Shown piece after piece: positions 1 through 10,947 of a stretch of 64,000 nt of DNA. The notes beneath the pieces are model-generated. The model searched no databases, was not told the DNA's origin, and saw nothing but the letters and a program-made list of their open reading frames with translations. The stretch covers positions 62,001-126,000 of the forward strand of contig CDRNVI010000005.1 of the NCBI GenBank assembly GCA_977017575.1. Reading direction: 5' to 3'. Both the position numbers and the translations under genes were made by a program. How positions within the stretch are numbered: position 1 is the first letter of the stretch; each line of letters starts with the position of its first letter. The DNA is from Paramoeba atlantica (Eukaryota; Protista; Discosea).

Positions 1-59
1 CGCGGCACTGCAAATTTCGTACACACGCATCCGATAACCCTCAGGATCCTTCCCGTGAG

Positions 60-2267
60 GTGAACGACTCCCCCAACCCTACCACAAACGCCGCTGTGAT
101 GCCTGAACGCCCCCCCGGTACGAACCCTAATGATCGGCCCGATCAGATGGAGGATGTTGACAACTTGCTGCCGACCTTATCTTCTGTGTGCGCACTGCCG
201 GTGATTACGAGCAAGGATATCCCTTATTGCTGCAGGGCTGAATGGGCACGAGTACTCACTTCCTGCTTGATGGCAGCCACGCTAGATAACACACTCGAGG
301 CGTGGACTCTCCTTGCGATGCTTCCGAAATGTGTCCTTCCGGCCCCCCGCCGTGGAGGCAGTAAGAACAAAACCTCTTATGCGTCCTACGTCCGAAAATG
401 TCTTTCCAGATGGAACCAAAAGGAGTACATACCACTCTGGAGTGAAGCAATCGCCAGTCTACAGCGCAAACGCAAATCCCCGGCGCAATCACTAGGCCCT
501 CTTTTATTTTCTCTCGTCGCGAAGGAACTATTTACGGAAATCAAGAAGGCAGCCCCAAGGCTTGACTTAAACATGTGGTTCTTGGACGATGGGGTTCTGT
601 CAGGCAAATCTTCAGACGTCAGGCATGCACTTGACGTAATTGCAGTCGAAGGTTCCAAGTGGGGCTTACATCTCAATGTTGCTAAATGTGAACTCATTAC
701 GAATCCAGCTGCCTCTGACCGATTTGCTCTTTTCCCGGACATTCCTGGTCTGAACAAAAACACAGACGGCAATCTTGACATCTTGGGAAGCCCTATTGGA
801 TCTACAAGCTTTTGTCACCGATACCTATTGGAAAATCCAATCAGTCTCGCTGAGGACTCACTAACAGCAATACAAAAGTTGGATGACCCTCAAGTGGCCC
901 TATCGCTCATTCGTCATTGCACAGGATTTTGCAAAATGGTGTATGCTCTACGCACGACACCTACCGCGGAGCTACAAGACCTTTGCGAACGCCTGGACCG
1001 AGCAGTCCAAAACACGACGGAGCGCTTTATCGGTCCTTTGGGTGAATCGGCTCGACGACAGGCACAACGAGACAAACGACACGGAGGATTAGGGTTGAGG
1101 TCCGCTGCAACACACGCCACATCAGCATACGTATCTTCTGTAGCCTTTGCGTCTGCAAATGACCGTTGGGACCCCGCGCAAGCTGAGAGTTTTGAATTCG
1201 CAGTACGGGACGTCAATAGGCGCGCGGGCTATAACTTCGTTTCAAATATCGGGAGAATTCCAAAGCCCTCGTCCTCCCCACCTGAACAGTTGAACCCAGA
1301 GACAGCAAACTCCGACAATATCATCCCGGACGAAAGAATCCCAGAAGTTTTGCACCCCGACGACGCAGACCCTGAAGCCTCTCGCCCCGTACTGGTAATC
1401 CCGCGACAACGGGAATTAAGCCAGGCGATTTCAGCATCCCAATACTTGGCAGACTATAAAAAAGCAGATGACAAAACCAGAGCCCGATGGGTATCCCAAA
1501 CGGGAGAAGGGGCATCGGAGTGGGCCTTTGTGATTCCATCGAAGACCAGTGGTTTCGCTTTCACTTCCGCCGAGTTTCACACTCTGACGCGATGGTGGCT
1601 AGGGGAAAAAATTTACCCCAAGGCAAGACCCTGCCCTATGGACAAATGTGGGCTCCCGCTAGGCCCTGAGGGGGACCATGCACTTTCCTGCAAGAGTGGG
1701 CATGGTATCATCACTCGCCACAACGCTCTTGCCAGACAGTTTGCCTGAGACTGCACAAATGCCGGGCTTACAACGAAGCGCGAAGTAAGCCTGCATAACA
1801 CGGGCCCTGGCGGCGGTCTGACGCGACCGGCGGACGTATTTATCTCAAGTTTTCGAGCGGGCCAGGGCCTTGTAATGGATTTCGCTGTCACACACGTCCA
1901 GCAAACGAAATATACGGATCTAGTCCGTGATGCTAGCGTGGTTTCAGCTGGATCCTTTGCGGAAAGATACGCAACGGAACACAAGCAGAAACAACGAGAA
2001 GAAGCCGCCGCAGCCAAACTCCGATTTGCGGCCATGGCCGTAGAATCATACGGCTCATGGTGCCCCAGCGCTATGGCAGTGATCCGTGACGTGGCAATTG
2101 AGCACTCAATGCACTCCGGTAACCTATCCAAAAAAGAAGCCTTACATCGACTTCTTGCTGGCTTGAACGTCACTTTAATGCGGTCACAGGCACGTATGAT
2201 GGTGCTAAGATCCCCACCGACACCTGACCCAGCCCTGATAGGCTATGGCGATATGGAAGTGGTGTAG
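60..2267 (+). pseudogene. CRE-clade non-LTR retrotransposon family A, copy A1 (internally deleted RT, in-frame TGA at 1746-1748)
   Basis: EAWTLLAMLPKC motif, then a jump from RKRKSPAQS directly to LGPLLFSL...WFLDDG (first half of RT missing). C-terminal CCHC knuckle, RHN and the in-frame continuation RPAD..VMDFAVTH..VESYGSW of the RLE follow. Confidence 0.9.
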
Positions 2268-2288
2268 TTCCATCCTCTCTTGCATCCT

Positions 2289-2528
2289 CTGGTCCGGATG
2301 TTGGTCGAGTCGACAGAGTCTATACTCACGCCTAGCCCGCGAGGGCTAGGTACTCCAAGTGAGGTAGTACACGGGTAGTGAATCTCCTCCCCGTCGGCCA
2401 GCATCCTGTTTCGCGACCGTGTCGCTGTCGACACAGGCCCGCGCCTGCGCCCTCCTGTATAACAAGGGAAGGGTCCACAAGTCAGGCCGTGGAGAGGTCG
2501 AAAGACCCGGTCCGGAACGCGCGAATGG
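2289..2528 (+). ncRNA. Conserved structured 3'UTR RNA module of family A (type a)
   Basis: Near-identical ~240-nt block after the stop codon of several divergent family A ORFs; helices supported by compensatory changes between copies. Confidence 0.75.
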
Positions 2529-2715
2529 ATTGGGCGTGGATTGCTTGTTTTAATTTTTACTGTTTTTCTTGTTTGTAGTATATACTTAGGGGAGACTAAA
2601 TTGCTAGTTTTGGGCTGAGAAAAAAGGTACATCTGTGGAAAGAAAAAGAATTGCTAATTTGATTGCTTGTTTTCAACTCGTATCCCCCCCCCAAAAAAAA
2701 AACAAAAAAAAAAAT

Positions 2716-3596
2716 CCCCCCCGCAATGGTTGAAAGGGAAGATCCCTCGCCAGCGAGACATTAGCTACGCGATCGCGGCCCACGATTTCTCCCAATCATA
2801 CGAAATGTCAGATGTGCGGACACGAGCACGATGGATATCTCAGTGCGGTAAAGGGGCAAGCAGCTGGGCTTTTGTAACCCCGTCTAAGGACATGGGGTAT
2901 TCCTTTACCCCTACAGCATTTCGAACCTTGGCCCGTTGGTGGTTAGGGATCGATGTTTACCCTGAAGAAGGGAAGTGTCCTATGCCGAAATGCCCTCTTC
3001 CACTCGACACAAAAGGGGACCACGCATTGTCTTGCAAGCACGACAACGGAATTATCGCGAGGCACAATGCCGTGGCAGATCAGTTCACGGACCTTTGCAG
3101 CAGAGCCAAACTGGCCCCACAACGGGAGAAAAGTCTTGGCAACAGAGGCCCAGGGGGGGCCCTCACCAGACCTGGCGACGTATACCTGCGCAGTCTTTTC
3201 TTGGGGAATCCCATCGTGCTTGACTTCGCGGTCACCCATGCTCAGCAACTAAAATATACGGACAAAGTCCGGAACGCTAGCTGGGTAACCGCGGGGTCGT
3301 TTGCCGAGCATTATTCCTCCATGGAGAAGGGTAGGCAGCGCCGGGAAGCCGTTGACGCCGGGTGTGACTTTACGGCCATGGTGGTCGAAAGCTATGGCGC
3401 CTGGAGCCCCAGTGCTTCAGCAGTGATCTGCAAAGTTGGGGAACGTCTCTCACATGCCTCGTATGGGTTATTGACAGAGGGGGAAGCCACGAGCAGAATC
3501 TTTACGGAGCTGAACGTCACCCTCATGCGCCTTCAGGCGCGCATGATGGTTACTCGTTTACTTCCTGAGGATCCGCTCTCTCCTACGGAGGTGTAA
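2716..3596 (+). pseudogene. 5'-truncated CRE family A copy A2 (CCHC + RLE only)
   Basis: Begins after an A-tract; CPMPKCPLPLDTKGDHALSC, RHN, RPGD, IVLDFAVTH, VESYGAW. Confidence 0.9.
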
Positions 3597-3657
3597 ACGT
3601 TCGTAAACGTCGACCGCGCCCCTTTTGGCACGGGAACACGTTTGCGCCCATGAAGAG

Positions 3658-3897
3658 CTGGTCGGGATGCTGGTCGAGTCGACAGAGTCTATACTCACGC
3701 CTAGCCCGCGAGGGCTAGGTACCCCAAGTGAGGTAGTACACGGGTAGTGAATCTCCTCCCCGTCGGCCAGCATCCTGTTTCGCGACCGTGTCGCTGTCGA
3801 CACAGGCCAGCGCCTGCGCCCTCCCATATAACAAGGGAAAGGTTCACAAGTCAGGCCGTGGAGAGGTCGAAAGACCCGGTCCGGAACGCGCGAATGG
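3658..3897 (+). ncRNA. Structured 3'UTR RNA module (type a)
   Basis: Copy of 2289-2528. Confidence 0.75.
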
Positions 3898-4257
3898 ATT
3901 GGGCATAAATTGCTTCTTTTTATTATTATTGTTATCAAAATCATAAATACTGTAACTTAAGGCAGGTTGAATTATTAGTTTTGGGCTACAACATGTGAAA
4001 TTACTAATTTGATTGCTTGCTTACAAATCATATACCCCACCCCAATGGACCTACTTGGTTCGTCTACGGAGTAAAAATATAGAGGCAATGCCGCGTTTTA
4101 TACTTCTCCCCCCCTATTTATTACAAAAAAAAAATATATATATATATACTTAGGGGGGATTAAATTGCTAGTTTTGGGCTGAGAAAAAAGGTACATCTGT
4201 GGAAAGAAAAAGAATTGCTAATTTGATTGCTTGTTTTCAAAAAAAAAAAAAAAAAAA

Positions 4258-4466
4258 TCTCACGCCTAGTCCGCCAGGTCTAGGTACTCCAAGTGAGGTA
4301 GGACAAGGGCTGGGAACTTTGTTCCTCCCCGTCGGCCAGCATCATGCTCCGCGACCGTGCCGCTGTCGGCACAGGCCCATTGCTTGCGCCCTCTCGTACA
4401 ACAAGAGAAGGGTTAACAAGGCAAGCTGGGAGAGGTCGAAAGACCCGGTCCGGAACGCGCGAATGG
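4258..4466 (+). ncRNA. 5'-truncated structured 3'UTR module (type b); second copy at 10138-10346
   Basis: Starts right after a poly(A) tract; matches 9504-9748. Confidence 0.7.
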
Positions 4467-4834
4467 TTAGGGGAAAGTCTGCCCCTCCTAGCAGAGGGAG
4501 ACCTCACCCTCCCTGGAAAGCTGAAAAGATTGGTAAAGGGAAGTGGGTAAGATGGGAAAGCATATATTTACTAGTTTTATATTTTGCTCGTTTCCAAAAT
4601 GGGGGGAAGTGAGGGAAAGAAGTTGAGCAAGTAGGAAAGTAAGTGAGAAAGTCATACCGTACATACAAAAAAAAAAAAAACGTTGTCTTAATAAAAAAAA
4701 AAAAGGTAATATGTACTTAGGGGAGACTAAATTGCTAGTTTTGGGCTGAGAAAAAAGATACATCTGTGGAAAGAAAAAAGAATTGCTAATTTGATTGCTT
4801 GTTTTCAACTCGTAAAAAAAAAAAAAAAAAAAAA

Positions 4835-5368
4835 GTAGCCCTCGTGGGATAATCGTTTCCTAACCACACCGTTGTCGGCACAGGCCCACGTTAGCGCCCT
4901 CGGAAACAACTGATCTGGAAGCTGGTCGAGTCGACAGAGTCTATGCTCACGCCTAGCTCGCCGAGGGCTAGGTACCCCAAGTGAGGTAGTACACGGGTAG
5001 TGAATCTCCTCCCCGTCGACCAGCTTCCTGTTTCGCGACCGTGTCGCTGTCGACACAGGCCCGCGCCTGCGCCCTCCCATATAACAAGGGAAGGGTCCAC
5101 AAGTCAGGCCGTGGTGAGGTCGAAAGACCCGGTCCGGAACGCGCGGATGGATTGGGCGTGGATTGCTTCCTTTTTTATTATTATTGTTATCAGAATCATA
5201 AATAACTTAAGGCAGGTTGAATTACTAGTTTTGGGCTACAACATGTGAAATTGCTAATTTGATTGCTTGTTTACAAATCATATACCCCCCCAATGGACCT
5301 TCATGGTTCATGTATTGGGTAATATAGAGGCAATGCCGCGTTTCATACTTCTCCCCCCTTATTAATCG
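4835..5368 (+). mobile_element. 3'UTR-only retrocopy (module 4917-5150 plus shared tail) between two A-tracts
   Basis: Flanked by A-tracts 4814-4834 and 5369-5384; absent from the otherwise matching duplicate, which has a single A-tract at 10726-10743. Confidence 0.75.
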
Positions 5369-5514
5369 AAAAATAAAAAAAAAAGCGGCGACGGGGAGAA
5401 CTAGACGACGGAGGCCTCTGAGAGAGGAGAACGACACAGTGCAGGAAAACGATGTATCGGAAGACAAACAGTCGAATTTGCTGGATAAGCAAAAAAAAAA
5501 ACGATAAAGATTTA

Positions 5515-5549
5515 TTTAACGATAAAGATACAGTTTCTGTACCTTGTTG
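5515..5549 (+). other. Spliced-leader exon sequence (nt 5-39) at the 5' end of element A3
   Basis: TTTAACGATAAAGATACAGTTTCTGTACCTTGTTG; the ACAGTTTCTGTAC core and terminal TTG fall at the same positions as in the 39-nt trypanosomatid SL. Confidence 0.85.
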
Positions 5550-5588
5550 AATTTTTTACGTAGTATTCTCTCGGGGCCCAGCTCTTTT

Positions 5589-8500
5589 ATGACGCAAACC
5601 AATACTCCTCAGAGCCCCGCACGCTCGAACGAGGACCACCCCTCATTCCATATGAGTGCAAAGGAAGGAACTCTCAGCGTAGGCGCTCTCGCCGACGAAG
5701 AACGTGCGCACTCTCTCGGCAGTTGGGACCAATTCCAAGGAAACAAGCATTTGATTCGCGCTGTCAGCACATACGACGAACAACTCTACACTACACCAAT
5801 CCCGGCGAATATTCCTAAGGAATGGTTGGAACGCGCACGTCACATCTCCCAGGAAAAGGAAACCCCAGACACGGGCCACGTAGAGGCCGAAGACGAGGAG
5901 ATGCAGCACTGTGGAGTGAGAAGGCAGAAAATTACTCACGAGGCTACACCCACATCAAAGATCCCCGATGAAGCTCGGACGCTCAAATCCGCAGTGAAGG
6001 ATGCTCTTTCCCACCAAGGTCGAAACACTTCCCCATCGAAAGGAGTGACCAAAGCGGACTCGCGCTCGTCAAGGCGAACACCGGAGCCCCGGACATATTT
6101 CTCTTCACCGCGACACGCCGCAAACCAAAATAACTTCGCTGAAAAGACACAAACAAGAGAAGAGACTCGGGAATGTCCGGCCATGGGATGCACTTGGAGA
6201 AGTCTGCCGCACGGAGGGTCTTGGCAAGCGTTTTATAACCACGTCGCGTGTCGCCACGGAAACGGAGTTCCCGCTACCTGGTGGGATGCAGAAGGCCGAT
6301 TTCTTTGCAACTTATGCGGGCGCCATTATGACATCAACAAAAGGGAAGCTCATCCACAAGCCTGCAAAGGGAACGTTGCGAACCCCCAAATCCCATCGCG
6401 CGCAGCACACTCGAGCGACCCAAGCCACCTTCCGGGGACTCAAACTCATCACTCTGAACTTCCCTCGCTATCCTCTATCTGCACGCTGCGCCTGAACACT
6501 TGCAAGGACGTGCCTCCACGTTGCCGTCAACTGTGGGGAGAAATTATCACCAAAGCAGCCCAAAACGCAGTCACCGAAAACTCTACAGCCGCGTAGACCC
6601 TATTCGCCATGCTCCCCAAGTGCTTACTACCCGCCCCACACCGAGGAGGACGTAAGAACCACACAACTTACGCATCATACGTCCAGAAGTGCATGAACCG
6701 ATGGCTCGCGCAAGATTATGTCTCCCTATGGAATGAAGCAGTAGACAACGCACTCAAGAAACAATCTGTAGCCCCTACAACCGTTCACGACGAAGAGGAA
6801 AAGGCAGCTATCCGAGCAGAGCTTCTAGCTCGACAAGGCGAGTACTCTAGGGGTATGGCTGCACTCACGGCGGATGCTATGGCGCCTGACGACGAAGATA
6901 CACTCCTCAAACTTCAGAGCAAGCACCCGCCCCGACATCCAGACAGTGACATCATCGACTATACGCCTCCGCCCACAGCGCCCCCAATAATGGATGAACC
7001 CGTGGTAGCGAAAACTATCAAGAGCTTTCACCGGGGTTCCTCGTCCGGAACCATGGGTTTACGACCCGAGCACTTGCAAGCTGTACTCCTGGCGCACGTA
7101 GATAACACCGTGAAACCCCTTACTGCCCTTAAAAACCTCGTGAATCATCTACTAGCCGGGAAAGCACCCCTAGAGGTACAACCATATTTTGCGGGAGCCA
7201 GACTTTGCGCGCTTGAAAAGGGCGAAAATGACGTCCGCCCCATAGCAGCGGGAGAAACGATACGTCGATTGGTAAGCAAAGCGGCTTGCAATGCAGTGAG
7301 GAGCAAAGCCAGGGAATTTTTTAAGGGACTACAGTTCGGCGTCGCGACACCGGCCGGTTCGGAACGAATAATTCACACTTGCCGGCACGCAATGACAATT
7401 CATACGGACAACCCCGACATGGTATTATGTAAAGTCGACCTAAGCAACGCATTCAACAACGTTAGCAGAGCAACTTTCTTGAAACTTGTAGGCGATCATT
7501 TTCCGGAATTGTTCCCCTGGGCTAGCTGGTGCTATACGACAACTAGTGCTTTGACCTATCGTGACCACACACTCCTTTCGGATGAAGGCGTCCAACAGGG
7601 CGATCCCCTGGGACCACTTTTCTTTTCACTGGTCTCCTTGGAATTTGCAAAAGAAATCTATCACCAGGCCGACCTGGACTTGCAGCTATGGTACCTAGAC
7701 GACGGGATTCTCATTGGCAGGGCAGAAGACGTCAGGAATTCGTTGGATACAATCGCCAGAGTAGGTCCGCGATGGGGCCTATATCTGAACATGTCCAAGT
7801 GCGAAATAATCACCCCCCCTGCCTCGGCTAACGTTGTAACCATATTTCCGGACATACCCGATGCCAAAATAAACGTGTGCGGTAACTTTAGTGTCCTAGG
7901 AAGCCCAATTGGGTCCCCTGAGTACTGTACTGAATATCTGCTGACACACGCGGTTGAGCCCGCCGAAATGGCCCTTGATGCCATAACCAGAATCCGGGAC
8001 CCCCAGGTAGCCATGGCGCTAATTCGACAATGTGCTGGATTCTGCAAATTGGTACATGCTCTACGAACGACGCCCCCGCAATCAGTTATGAACCTCTGCA
8101 AGCGGCTCGACGACTTCCTAATGCACGCGGTCGAATCCACTCTATGTCCTTTGCCTCCCTCCGCACGCGCCCAAATTCAGCGCTTGAAAAGACACGGAGG
8201 TTTCGGTTTAAAATCGGCGACCGTGCACGCATCCTCCGCTTACGCCTCCTCTGTAGTTTTCGCGGCGGCCACGGACTCATGGGATGCTTCAGAAGTGGAG
8301 GGCTTTCTACAATCGATTGAAGACGTGAATTCGAAAGTTGGTATCAGTCTACTCGACTCAAACGGACTCGTGCGTTCCATCCCGCGCCATAAATGTGAAG
8401 AACTCTCCCCCAAAGCTCGCTTCACCAAGAGATCTCGCGAGGGAGAAACCAGACATCCCTTTGAACCCGCAAATCCGCCTTCTCTTCCTCGTGACCGCGC

Positions 8501-9455
8501 ATTGCCTCATTCCGAAGACTTTCTACACGATACAAACCCCCTTTACGCATCCGAAGATTGCGTTGACGCGGAGCCACCCGACTGGGCAAGTAATAGCGTC
8601 CCCCGCCAAAAAGACATAAGTTACGCGATCTCTGCCACAGAGTTCTCGCACGCATATGAAAACGCCGACGCCCGGACTCGCGCACGCTGGGCTTCTCAGT
8701 GTGGTAAAGGAGCAAGCAGCTGGGCGTTCGTAACTCCTTCCAGAGACACGGGCCACGCCTTTAACCCCACAGAATTCCGCATCCTATCCCGCTGGTGGTT
8801 AGGTGTGCCCGTGTACGGGGAAGAAGGTACATGTCCCAAGGGGAACTGCACACTCCCATTGGACATACACGGCGATCACGCTCTCACATGCAAGCACGGG
8901 GACGGTATCATCGGCCGTCACAACGCCTTGGCCGATCACTTTGCCGATACTTGCAGTAACGCACGCCTAGCTCCCCAACGGGAAAAAAGCCTCGGGAACC
9001 GGGGCCCCGGAGGCGCTCTGACTAGACCCGGGGACGTCTTCCTTCCGAGTCTCTTCCTCGGGAAACCTATCGTGCTTGACTTCGCGGTCACTCACGCCCA
9101 GCAATCTAAATACACGGACACAGTCCGAAATGCTAGCTGGGTGGCCGCGGGATCCTTCGCAGAGCATTATGCCTCAGAGCAGAAAGTCCGACAACGCCGT
9201 GAATCTGAAGATGCCGGAAGCGACTTCACAGCTATTGTGGTCGAGAGCTATGGCTCTTGGAGTGCCAGTGCTTTAGCCGTTCTCCGGAAGGTTGGAGAAC
9301 GAAGGGCAAAAGCGTCCAACGGTATCTTGACAGACGAGGCCTCTACGCTCCGTCTCGTGACCGACATGAACGTAACATTGATGCGTTGCCAGGCACGCAT
9401 GATGATTACGCGCCTGCCGGCTGTGGACCCTTTGCCCCCTTTAATCGAGCAATAG
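5589..9455 (+). mobile_element. Full-length CRE family A element A3 ORF (LsmAD-like, 2 Zn fingers, RT, CCHC, RLE) with in-frame TAG at 6594-6596
   Basis: ORFs 5544-6596 and 6609-9455 are in frame; the TAG replaces the conserved W of AWTL. RT motifs QFGVA, KVDLSNAFN, GVQQGDPLGP, WYLDDG; RLE RPGD..VLDFAVTH. Confidence 0.93.
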
Positions 9456-9503
9456 CACGATGACGGATGTGCAAGATGGACCGCTCAGCCGGAACTCGAA
9501 CAG

Positions 9504-9748
9504 CTGGTCCGGATGCTGGTCGATGCCGGCAGGGTCTATGCTCACGCCTAGTCCGCCAGGGCTAGGTACTCCAAGTGAGGTAGGACATGGGTAGGGAACT
9601 TTGTTCCTCCCCGTCGGCCAGCATCATGCTCCGCGACCGTGCCGCTGTCGGCACAGGCCCTTTGCTTGCGCCCTCTCGTACAACAAGAGAAGGGTTAACA
9701 AGGCAAGCTGGGAGAGGTCGAAAGACCCGGTCCGGAACGCGCGAATGG
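9504..9748 (+). ncRNA. Structured 3'UTR RNA module (type b)
   Basis: Homologous to type a with compensatory substitutions; second copy at 14863-15107. Confidence 0.75.
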
Positions 9749-9953
9749 TTCGGGGAAAGTCTGCCCCTCCTAGCCGAGGGAGAACTTACCCTCCCTGGAA
9801 AGCTGGTAAGACTGGTAAGGGGAAGTGGGTAAGATGGGAAAGCATATATTTACTAGTTTTATATTTTGCTCGTTTCCAAAATGGGGGGAAGTGAGGGAAA
9901 TAAGTTGAGCAAGTAGGAAAGTAAGTGAGAAAGTCATACCGTACATACAAAAA

Positions 9954-10007
9954 AAAAAACGTTGTCTTAATAAAAAACGTTGTCTTAATAAAAAACGTTG
10001 TCTTAAT
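9954..10007 (+). repeat. (AAAAAACGTTGTCTTAAT)x3 junction repeat; also 10554-10607 (x3), about 4675-4692 (x1) and reverse-complement at about 16862-16900 (x2)
   Basis: Direct reading. Confidence 0.9.
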
Positions 10008-10873
10008 ATAAAAAAAAAGGTAATATATACTTAGGGGGGATTAAATTGCTAGTTTTGGGCTGAGAAAAAAGGTACATCTGTGGAAAGAAAAAGAATTGCT
10101 AATTTGATTGCTTGTTTTCAAAAAAAAAAAAAAAAAATCTCACGCCTAGTCCGCCAGGTCTAGGTACTCCAAGTGAGGTAGGACAAGGGCTGGGAACTTT
10201 GTTCCTCCCCGTCGGCCAGCATCATGCTCCGCGACCGTGCCGCTGTCGGCACAGGCCCATTGCTTGCGCCCTCTCGTACAACAAGAGAAGGGTTAACAAG
10301 GCAAGCTGGGAGAGGTCGAAAGACCCGGTCCGGAACGCGCGAATGGTTAGGGGAAAGTCTGCCCCTCCTAGCAGAGGGAGACCTCACCCTCCCTGGAAAG
10401 CTGAAAAGATTGGTAAAGGGAAGTGGGTAAGATGGGAAAGCATATATTTACTAGTTTTATATTTTGCTCGTTTCCAAAATGGGGGGAAGTGAGGGAAAGA
10501 AGTTGAGCAAGTAGGAAAGTAAGTGAGAAAGTCATACCGTACATACAAAAAAAAAAAAACGTTGTCTTAATAAAAAACGTTGTCTTAATAAAAAACGTTG
10601 TCTTAATAAAAAAAAAGGTAATATGTACTTAGGGGAGACTAAATTGCTAGTTTTGGGCTGAGAAAAAAGATACATCTGTGGAAAGAAAAAAGAATTGCTA
10701 ATTTGATTGCTTGTTTTCAACTCGTAAAAAAAAAAAAAAAAAAGCGGCGACGGGGAGAACTAGACGACGGAGGCCTCTGAGAGAGGAGAACGACACAGTG
10801 CAGGAAAACGATGTATCGGAAGACAAACAGTCGAATTTGCTGGATAAGCAAAAAAAAAAACGATAAAGATTTA

Positions 10874-10908
10874 TTTAACGATAAAGATACAGTTTCTGTA
10901 CCTTGTTG
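10874..10908 (+). other. Spliced-leader sequence (nt 5-39) at the 5' end of A3 duplicate
   Basis: Identical to 5515-5549. Confidence 0.85.
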
Positions 10909-10947
10909 AATTTTTTACGTAGTATTCTCTCGGGGCCCAGCTCTTTT

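Noticed and set aside
9745-9775. RNase P-like GGGGAAAGTCTG, and a group II domain V-like AGC..GAAA..CGGT nearby
   Set aside because: There is no matching RNase P 3' conserved region, and the bulge is on the wrong side and the wrong size for domain V.
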